DNA of 64,000 nt from an uncultured Prevotellaceae bacterium (GTDB lineage Bacteria > Bacteroidota > Bacteroidia > Bacteroidales > Bacteroidaceae), in assembly GCA_902785695.1 (NCBI GenBank), contig CACZZQ010000009.1, forward strand, positions 1,088-65,087. The letters are read 5' to 3'. Position 1 is the first letter of the stretch, and each line of letters opens with the position of its first letter. Of this stretch, positions 56,773 to 64,000 are shown one piece after another. The position numbers and the translations under genes are program-made. The notes under the pieces were generated by a model that did no database searches, was not told the DNA's origin, and saw only the letters and a list, made by a program, of their open reading frames with translations.

Positions 56773-57680
56773 TCTTCTACAGCGGGTTTATTTTCTTCAA
56801 AATTACCAGTTCCCCAAGGTACATCGATAGCGTTAGTACGGCTGTTCTCCTCAGGATCGGTAAAATACGACTGCATCGTCTCATCGCCAGACTGAGCATA
56901 ATAAGACATATTAAAGTTAGAGGCAGGACGGAACACAACCTTCTCGTTCGATTTCTTATATGGAGGCAACATCACCACAAGACGGAAACCGCCTGACTCC
57001 GTATGACTCTTTTTACGATAAATTGACGAGGTCGACTCGTGCAATTGAAAAAACAGACCGATAGAACAATGATTGAAATGACGGAATGCTTCAAACTCCA
57101 CGCCCTTGTCCTTACCAAGATAACGACCGCCCGTAGCTCGAAGCTCCGTATGCCAGGGATCAATCCACAAGCTGCCGCCCAACAGAGCCAGCGAATGCCA
57201 ATCAGACCCAAACTCACACTCTGAATTACTATGCATGTCAAAGCCCAGAGCCCAGTCACGCACAAGACCCAGACGGGCATTCAACATCAACCAAGAATTA
57301 ACGGGATACATCCAACGGAAATCAGCACCGTATCGCTCGGAGCCAAAAAGACCTGCAGAGATTTTAAAGTGTTGACGGGCATTTGAAAAATGAATCTGTT
57401 TGGAAATGGCAGCCAAACTAAGACGAATCATGTCAAACCGCTGACCATACCCTTCATTGATAATCGGTAGTTCTGCCATTGCAGCCAATTGCCAATCATG
57501 GCCCATATGATACTTTACTCCTGGTGTCAGGTTGAGCAACACATTGTACAAACGGATATAATTGACATCTGCATAATAGAGATCAGCACCACAAAACAGC
57601 TCCACTTGCTGCTTAGGCTGCGCACTGACATTCGTAAGCGAAAGAGTCAACAGAATCAATATCGTTAGTCTACGAAACAT
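56769..57680 (-). CDS. YjbH-related outer-membrane protein
   Basis: Signal peptide; 'SAGLFGSERYGAD', 'GGRYLGKDKG', 'RHF', 'LPPYK'. Confidence 0.65.
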   Translation of the reverse strand: MFRRLTILILLTLSLTNVSAQPKQQVELFCGADLYYADVNYIRLYNVLLNLTPGVKYHMGHDWQLAAMAELPIINEGYGQRFDMIRLSLAAISKQIHFSNARQHFKISAGLFGSERYGADFRWMYPVNSWLMLNARLGLVRDWALGFDMHSNSECEFGSDWHSLALLGGSLWIDPWHTELRATGGRYLGKDKGVEFEAFRHFNHCSIGLFFQLHESTSSIYRKKSHTESGGFRLVVMLPPYKKSNEKVVFRPASNFNMSYYAQSGDETMQSYFTDPEENSRTNAIDVPWGTGNFEENKPAVEE

Positions 57681-57746
57681 ATTTCCACAAGTTTGCTGCA
57701 AAGGTAAAAATAAATTCCGACAAAACAAAAGTTTTCAACAAAAAAA

Positions 57747-57771
57747 AGGATGTGCCATTTCTGACACATCC
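57747..57771 (-). terminator. Intrinsic terminator after the OmpA-lipoprotein pair
   Basis: GGATGTG..CACATCC hairpin; the A-run on plus gives a U-tail on minus. Confidence 0.7.
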
Positions 57772-57796
57772 CCATTATCATAAATGTATTTAACAA

Positions 57797-58969
57797 TTAC
57801 TTCCTAACAGAACCACCGTCGTGAGTCTTCACTTCCTCTGGAGTGTTGGTCTCAATAGAGAGGTTCAAATCAGCCTTACCGTAAACAGTAGCTGTGAAGG
57901 TCTTCTTGTGGTCGCCGCGGCCAGACTCAATGGTATAAACCTTAACCTGCTGAGTAACATTCAAAATAGCAGTACCGTCAACCTTACTGAACGTAACGCG
58001 CTTTCTGATCTCTCTCTTATTGATACCGAACACCTTCTTCAGGTACTTTGCAACAATGGCATCAGAATTATCGGAGTCAAAACCATAATTCATGGTATAA
58101 GCCAAAGAGCCATCCTTAGAGCTACCAGTAAACGTATTAGCGATAGTCTTTTTCTCTACATTTACAACAGTAGCCTTCAAAATGATATCCCATAAAGAGA
58201 AGTGACTGAGCTCAATAGTCAGGCTATCACCTTTCTGAACGAATGAATCAGCAGCATCGTCGTCGTTCTCGCTGTTTACGCAAGCCAGCTCATAGTCAGC
58301 ACTGTTAGGCACATATACCTTCACCTTAACAGGTTTAGCAGTAAACTTAGCGCCATCGGGCTTACAATCCAGTGACAGCACAGGCTCCTGGATAGCATCG
58401 GTCTGACCCTTCTTGCTTTCGAGTTCCTCTGCAGAGGTCTCAGCCTCAGTAGGAGTAACAACGGTAACAGAATAGTCACCAGTAACAGTAGCATCAGCAT
58501 TGGTTACACCACCGCTGAAGTCCATCTCAGCTGTTACACCAGTCTCATCAGCATTAGCACCTTGGTTACTTACAGTCGTAGTTCCAGCCTGAGCAGCTGC
58601 CTGTGTTACTGCAGTACCCTCAGACTCGAAAATAACGTCATAAGCCAAGTCCTTAGCATCACCGAAGTTGAATTTAACCTTCTTTGTTGTAGAACCTGCT
58701 GTTGCAGAAACGGTACCCTTTACAGGAGCGTTGGTAAATGTTACGTTAGTACCACTCTTTGTTTCACTACCCAAAGTGAAAGTAGCAGTCTTATTAGCTG
58801 TAATTACCAATGTACGTCCAACCACATTACCGTTCTCATCAGTTTCCTGTACAGAAACATTAGTCACGACCGTTGGTTGTGCATCCTCACCATTGTGACA
58901 AGCGGTAAAGGTTGCTGCCACGCCCAGTCCGAATACGAGGGCGAGACTTTTTGTTAAAAGATTTTTCAT
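57797..58969 (-). CDS. Beta-rich surface lipoprotein (DUF3869-like gene position after ompA)
   Basis: Lipobox 'TFTAC'; 'PDGAKF..PV...L.HFS' ZU5-like motif; C-terminal 'HDGG'. Confidence 0.7.
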   Translation of the reverse strand: MKNLLTKSLALVFGLGVAATFTACHNGEDAQPTVVTNVSVQETDENGNVVGRTLVITANKTATFTLGSETKSGTNVTFTNAPVKGTVSATAGSTTKKVKFNFGDAKDLAYDVIFESEGTAVTQAAAQAGTTTVSNQGANADETGVTAEMDFSGGVTNADATVTGDYSVTVVTPTEAETSAEELESKKGQTDAIQEPVLSLDCKPDGAKFTAKPVKVKVYVPNSADYELACVNSENDDDAADSFVQKGDSLTIELSHFSLWDIILKATVVNVEKKTIANTFTGSSKDGSLAYTMNYGFDSDNSDAIVAKYLKKVFGINKREIRKRVTFSKVDGTAILNVTQQVKVYTIESGRGDHKKTFTATVYGKADLNLSIETNTPEEVKTHDGGSVRK

Positions 58970-58988
58970 ACTTGTTTTACTATATTTT

Positions 58989-60155
58989 TTATTTAATTTC
59001 AACAGTAGCACGACGGTTGTAAGAGATAGGAGTAAGATCATTTACACCACCCTTAGCAACAATCTCAATCTTATCGCGGCTAACACCCATCTTCACGAGC
59101 TCGTCAGCAACAGCCTCTGCACGCTTCTGGCTCAGGCTCTGGTTGAACGAAGCACTTCCAGTCTTGCTGTCAGCATAACCAGTAACAACGAAATTCTTGT
59201 CAGCAGCAGCCTCAGTGAGAGCCTTCACATTCTGCAGATCCTTGCGAGAAGCAATCTTAGACTTGCCGATATTGAAGAATACTGAAACAGGAGCAGTAGT
59301 AACTTCCTTCACGGTGATAGTCTTGCCCTCGGGACACTTGTGGTTCTTCAGCAGGTTGTTCAGACGCTCTGCCTCTGCATTGGCATCAGCAAGCTGTGCG
59401 TTGAGAGCGTCGAGCTGGCTCTGGTGCAGAGCGTTGATAGCGTCAACATCGGGAACCTTATTCCAAGTACCCTTACCCAGGTTGAAGGTCAGACCAACCT
59501 CAGCAGCGAAATAGCGGTCAGCAGAAGCAATATTGTGAGCATAGTCGCCATTGGTAAGAGCTTTCTCACTATTGTGGAAACCGGCACCACCAATCTCATC
59601 GTCAAGGATATTGAAACCGAGGTCAAGGTTCAGGGCCACCTTCTTAGACAGTTTCCAAGTATTCAACAGACCAATGCTAGCACTGTGAGCATACACATTC
59701 TCAGAGCAGTTGCGCAGAATACCAACACCAGCATAAGGAATCAGGTTCCAAACGCGAGTCTCGCTGTAACCACAGAACAGATTGCTCAGATTGAACAATA
59801 CCTGCTCCTGTGCATTCCAGAACTTAATGGCATTTGTCTCAGCATCCTCACTTACTACGGCACGGCCCCAAATACCAGTCACCTTCGTACGGAGACCGAG
59901 ACCAGGAGTAAACCACTTGCCAATAGCTACTGAAGCACCCAGGTTACGACGGAAGTCCTTCAAAGGGCTCTTAGCAAAACCCTTACCATTCTCTTGATAA
60001 GAATAGAAAGCCTCATAAGCAACATCAGCTGAAATAAACCAATTGCTCCAGAAAGAGTTGGTAGCAACGCTGTACTTCAGTTCAGGAGTCTCACTCTGTG
60101 CCATTCCTGCCACAGACACGCCAGCAAAAGCCAGCACCATCAAAAACTTTTTCAT
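58989..60155 (-). CDS. ompA: OmpA family outer-membrane protein
   Basis: 'VATNSFWSNWFI', 'VFFNIGKS', 'GYADSKTGS..N..LS.KRA'. Confidence 0.92.
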   Translation of the reverse strand: MKKFLMVLAFAGVSVAGMAQSETPELKYSVATNSFWSNWFISADVAYEAFYSYQENGKGFAKSPLKDFRRNLGASVAIGKWFTPGLGLRTKVTGIWGRAVVSEDAETNAIKFWNAQEQVLFNLSNLFCGYSETRVWNLIPYAGVGILRNCSENVYAHSASIGLLNTWKLSKKVALNLDLGFNILDDEIGGAGFHNSEKALTNGDYAHNIASADRYFAAEVGLTFNLGKGTWNKVPDVDAINALHQSQLDALNAQLADANAEAERLNNLLKNHKCPEGKTITVKEVTTAPVSVFFNIGKSKIASRKDLQNVKALTEAAADKNFVVTGYADSKTGSASFNQSLSQKRAEAVADELVKMGVSRDKIEIVAKGGVNDLTPISYNRRATVEIK

Positions 60156-60320
60156 ACAATTTTTCATTAATATATACAAATATTCAATTTCAAATTTGCT
60201 GCAAAAGTAGGTATTTTTTTCTAATGCACCAACAAAAACCTACAACATTTTTTGATTTTTCTCTAAAATAATGTTAAATGATACCGTTTTTGTTCATTTT
60301 CTGCTCGTTTGAGGTATAAA

Positions 60321-62135
60321 TTATCCTAACAAATGCTCAATATCGCTATGAGGGAGTATGCCAAGGATGGCCTTTCCGTCAGGGGTATAATTGACGTTTG
60401 AGCATAAAAAAAGCCCATTTACCACCTGTTCCATCTCTTCGTTTGACAGAACTTGTCCTAACGGAATGGCTGCATGACGTGCAAGGCTCAATGCCAAGGC
60501 TGCATGTATAGATTCCGCGTCGCTACCTCCTTTCTCTATTGCATCATCAACCACCTGACGAATGAGACGTTCGGGGTCAATACCCTCCAATCCGGCAGGA
60601 ATGCCATTGACCACATAACTGCCGCCTCCTAATGAGCTGACATCAAATCCCATTCTCTGCAAATCAGGCATGAACTTGTCGACCATCACGCTGTCGGACA
60701 AGGGGAACTCCAACACGACAGGAAAGAGGATTCGCTGGGTATTGGCCGTTTTTTGTTTAAACAGTTCCATATAGCGTTCGTAGCGAATGCGGATGTCAGC
60801 GCGCTGCTGGTCAATAATCATAAGTCCTGACTTTACGGCAGTCATGATATAGCGTCCCTTATATTGATAATGTACAGGCGACTTCTCGGAAATAATCGTT
60901 GAAGTCTCTGACACAGGTGCAGGATCGAAGATATTTTCTTCAGAATAGGAAGGAACGGTAGTGGCAGCCTCATAGAGATGTTGCCAGCCTGGCGTCACCC
61001 TCGGCTTGGAGGAATGACTATCTCCGGCAAACGGATTATACTCAGGATTATATTTAACACGCGGCAACTCTATGGCATCGTGCTGAGGATCAAAGACAGG
61101 AATCTCTGGACGTCCTTCCGTATCAAAGTCTATCGAGGGCACCTCACAGAACTTCCCGATGGCATCCTTGACCGCCGCCAGAAGAATCTGCCAGATGCTC
61201 TGTTCGTTCTCAAACTTGATTTCCGTCTTGGTAGGATGTATGTTGACATCGATATCTGCCGGAGCCACATCAAAGTAGATGAAATATGGTACCTGCATTC
61301 CTTCTGGGACCAAGCGTTCGAAGGCATTAACGATTGCCTTATGGAAATAGGGGTGCCTCATGTAACGACCGTTGACAAAGAAGCAGTCGTGAACGCCCTT
61401 CTTGCGGGCCGATTCCGGTTTCCCAACAAATCCTGTAATACGACAGATGGCCGTATCCACCTCCACGGGCAACAGTTCCTGACTGATCTTCTTACCAAAC
61501 ACATCTGCAATACGCTGACGCAGTGAACCGGCTTTGAGATTCATCAGTTCCTGTCCGTTGCTATAGAGCATGAAATTTATATCCGGATAGACAAGCACGA
61601 TACGCTCAAAAGCCGTCATAATGTTATTCAGTTCGGTAGCATTGGTCTTCAGGAACTTCCTACGAGCCGGAACATTAAAAAAGAGGTTCTCGACCTTGAA
61701 GTTACATCCCACCGGACAGGCTGTCGGCTCCTGCCCGACCACACGCGATCCCTGTAGGGTGAGGTGCGTACCTATATCCTCACTACTGGTTCGTGTTGAC
61801 AACTCCACAAAGGCAACGGCAGCGATTGACGGCAGTGCCTCTCCGCGAAAGCCCATGGTATGGAGCGCAAAGAGGTCATCGGCCTGACGGATCTTCGAGG
61901 TGGCATGACGCTCGAATGCCAGACGGGCATCGGTCTCCGACATACCGCATCCATCGTCTATGACCTGGATGGACGTGCGCCCGGCATCGACCACCAGCAC
62001 ACGGATGTTCTTGGCACCGGCATCAACAGCATTCTCCACCAACTCCTTGATAACAGAAGCCGGTCGCTGAATCACCTCACCAGCCGCAATCTGATTGGCT
62101 ACCGAGTCGGGGAGTAATTGTATGACATCACTCAT
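60321..62135 (-). CDS. mutL: DNA mismatch repair endonuclease MutL
   Basis: 'NQIAAGEV', 'KELVENA', 'GFRGEAL', 'DVNIHPTK', 'IIDQQRA'. Confidence 0.96.
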   Translation of the reverse strand: MSDVIQLLPDSVANQIAAGEVIQRPASVIKELVENAVDAGAKNIRVLVVDAGRTSIQVIDDGCGMSETDARLAFERHATSKIRQADDLFALHTMGFRGEALPSIAAVAFVELSTRTSSEDIGTHLTLQGSRVVGQEPTACPVGCNFKVENLFFNVPARRKFLKTNATELNNIMTAFERIVLVYPDINFMLYSNGQELMNLKAGSLRQRIADVFGKKISQELLPVEVDTAICRITGFVGKPESARKKGVHDCFFVNGRYMRHPYFHKAIVNAFERLVPEGMQVPYFIYFDVAPADIDVNIHPTKTEIKFENEQSIWQILLAAVKDAIGKFCEVPSIDFDTEGRPEIPVFDPQHDAIELPRVKYNPEYNPFAGDSHSSKPRVTPGWQHLYEAATTVPSYSEENIFDPAPVSETSTIISEKSPVHYQYKGRYIMTAVKSGLMIIDQQRADIRIRYERYMELFKQKTANTQRILFPVVLEFPLSDSVMVDKFMPDLQRMGFDVSSLGGGSYVVNGIPAGLEGIDPERLIRQVVDDAIEKGGSDAESIHAALALSLARHAAIPLGQVLSNEEMEQVVNGLFLCSNVNYTPDGKAILGILPHSDIEHLLG

Positions 62136-63768
62136 CTTTTTTCGTATTGATTTGTCGGGCTACTCCACGTGAGCGTTTCGAAGTCTTTATCTCTGTTCCC
62201 GGCTTCTTGGGTCGCCAGTCAAAGATATCGTCTTTCGACAGCGGCCTGACATAATCGAACCAATAAAAGCCTTCCAGGAATTTCTTGTCGGGTGGAATCT
62301 GGGTCATCGGATACATCATGCCGTCGGCCTTGGGTGTCCAGATGCTGACCAGTTTCTTATGCTCCATGAGCAGACGCATCTTGCTGGTTTCCATTCTCAC
62401 CAGTCCTTCGTAGGTGCTGTCCGACTCATTGACCGGGTAATAGGCCACTAAGACGTGGTCAACGGCCTGTCCTTCATGCATCTCGCCATTCTTGAAGAAA
62501 GCATACATGTCGTTCGAAGACACCTGATTAAAGAGTCCCTCCTCTGGAAGCTTCTCTATAGAGAAAGCCTGATTAATGACGTGGGCATGGTCTACCACAG
62601 AGTCTTTCATGAAGACCTGCACCATTTCTCCCAGCAGTTGCTGGTTGACATTCCACAGGATGGGATCGGTATACATCGTCATACACGAGTCTTTCGAGTT
62701 ATACACCAACGAGTCGCACACGGCCTGTATATCAAATCGGTACGCGCGTACTTTATTATAAGCATGCATCACGCGATAGACTGAGTCTGTATTGATATTA
62801 TACGTAAAGACCTTGAACGTGTCGGCATGAAGGTAAAGGGTGTCTTTCTCCGAGAATTCCAACGCCACAGCACTGTCAGTAGAGAGTGCATAGCCGTTCA
62901 GGTCATCGTAATAGCCGTAGTTACAGCGCATCCCGTTCTTATTTTTCTCATCATCATATACTACTTGTCGGAAAGCCTCACTCACACCCGTGATGCCATC
63001 GTACCAGATACTGTCGGCCACGATGGTACTTCCTTCGTTCATCACCTTCGAGCGTTGTAACAGCTCTGCCTGTTTCTTATCGGTATTATAGAAGCCCAGC
63101 TCCGAGTAGATATGACTGGAACCGGAATGAATATCCGACGGACCTACGATATTGGCCAGCTTGGTATTGGTGTTATACACCAGTGTGTCTGTTGTCAGCA
63201 CCGAACTGCCATCAACCAGTTTCACCCTATCCGTGAAGAAGGCATCCTTAGTGTCGGTATGATATTCGCCGTGCCATGAAGTCAGCGTGGCAGTCTTGTC
63301 CACTATCTTACCACCATCATCATAATAGCCCATATTGTCGATACGGTCAAAAAAGAGCGTATCGGTAGTCAATGTGGTCTCACGATTACGTAGCACCACC
63401 TCCTTGCTGCTGTCAAAGACCTTGGCCTGAAGCAGTTTCCTGTTACCGTCATAATAGCCGAAGTCGCTGGTCAGCGAAAGGGTATCTCCCTGCACCATAC
63501 GCACATTCCCCCAAGCCTCAAACGAGTTGGTCTGCTCGAAATAGTTGGCACTGTCGCAATAAAGGTGAGCACCGTCGTGCTCAAACTCCACATTACCGCG
63601 CAACACCTGTGCATCGTTGTTTCGCCAACGGTCATAAAAGAGTTCGTCGGCATGTACCAGGTACACCCGACTCTTCTGATTCGAGGTTTTTGTATTCCCG
63701 GTGCCAGCCTGAGTGAATGCACACAAGACCACCAACGACAATACCAACACAGAAAGAGTCTTTCCCAT
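62128..63768 (-). CDS. OstA/LptA-like beta-jellyroll protein
   Basis: 'LVHADEL', 'LRGNVEF', 'CDSA', 'AWGNV', repeated 'L.TDTL.Y'. Confidence 0.8.
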   Translation of the reverse strand: MGKTLSVLVLSLVVLCAFTQAGTGNTKTSNQKSRVYLVHADELFYDRWRNNDAQVLRGNVEFEHDGAHLYCDSANYFEQTNSFEAWGNVRMVQGDTLSLTSDFGYYDGNRKLLQAKVFDSSKEVVLRNRETTLTTDTLFFDRIDNMGYYDDGGKIVDKTATLTSWHGEYHTDTKDAFFTDRVKLVDGSSVLTTDTLVYNTNTKLANIVGPSDIHSGSSHIYSELGFYNTDKKQAELLQRSKVMNEGSTIVADSIWYDGITGVSEAFRQVVYDDEKNKNGMRCNYGYYDDLNGYALSTDSAVALEFSEKDTLYLHADTFKVFTYNINTDSVYRVMHAYNKVRAYRFDIQAVCDSLVYNSKDSCMTMYTDPILWNVNQQLLGEMVQVFMKDSVVDHAHVINQAFSIEKLPEEGLFNQVSSNDMYAFFKNGEMHEGQAVDHVLVAYYPVNESDSTYEGLVRMETSKMRLLMEHKKLVSIWTPKADGMMYPMTQIPPDKKFLEGFYWFDYVRPLSKDDIFDWRPKKPGTEIKTSKRSRGVARQINTKKDE

Positions 63769-63770
63769 AA

Positions 63771-63837
63771 ACCTCAACTCTTAACTCTCAACTATAAACT
63801 CTTAACTATGAACTATGAACTATGAACTATGAACTAT
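63771..63837. repeat. Heptamer tandem repeat (AACTCTT/AACTATG)
   Basis: Read directly between surA and the OstA-like gene. Confidence 0.85.
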
Positions 63838-64000
63838 CTCACCCAGCCTTCATATTCAAAGTGGCAATTGCGGTAATTATCATTGACATATACGTAGGTA
63901 TTCTGGATTTTCTTCACCACCCAGTCGTGCAACATCTTTTCGCGGCGTTTCTCCAACACGATATTCTTCATCACCTGAAAATCTTCCGTAATAGTTGCCT
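63834..64000 (-). CDS. surA: 3' end of peptidyl-prolyl isomerase SurA-like protein (partial)
   Basis: Translates ATITEDFQVMKNIVLEKRREKMLHDWVVKKIQNTYVYVNDNYRNCHFEYEGWVR*, matching the Bacteroidales SurA C-terminus and surA-ostA-mutL synteny. Confidence 0.75.
   Translation of the reverse strand, partial: ATITEDFQVMKNIVLEKRREKMLHDWVVKKIQNTYVYVNDNYRNCHFEYEGWVR

Overview
A 64 kb chromosomal window from a Bacteroidota genome, most likely a rumen/gut Prevotella/Xylanibacter-like organism. Evidence for this is the TAnnTTTG promoters, T9SS C-terminal domains and Bacteroidales gene order. Positions 1-15.1 kb are accessory and look like a defence island: a BspA-type LRR protein, two tandem ATPase-nuclease paralogues, an AAA ATPase, a PD-(D/E)XK nuclease, DUF2779, an XRE-HTH fusion and a decayed HExxH gene. 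Next come metG; GH43-GH43/CBM6-DUF6057-CxxCH propeller lipoprotein; a glycerophosphate-type glycan-modification locus; nadD-gmk-yicC-SIMPL; an M16 peptidase divergent from TonB receptor-DUF4876-DUF6850, with a convergent secreted DUF4876 plus HMA operon; then housekeeping genes (asd, antiporter, lolD, cvfB, asnS, rluB, purB, tRNA-Val, YjbH/OmpA cluster, mutL, OstA-like, partial surA). Four observations stand out. (1) A GC-rich palindromic element is inserted in-frame, in the same orientation and frame, in three unrelated genes, and other repeat families also enter coding sequence. (2) The M16/TonB/DUF4876/HMA cluster has a shared promoter signature and may be a protein/metal-uptake system. (3) Two promoters of the defence-like island share an operator-like motif with identical spacing. 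(4) In three places a duplicated gene 3' end flanks a cargo gene. No CRISPR array, integrase, transposase or reverse transcriptase is visible. All family names are from motif recognition by eye, not database searches.
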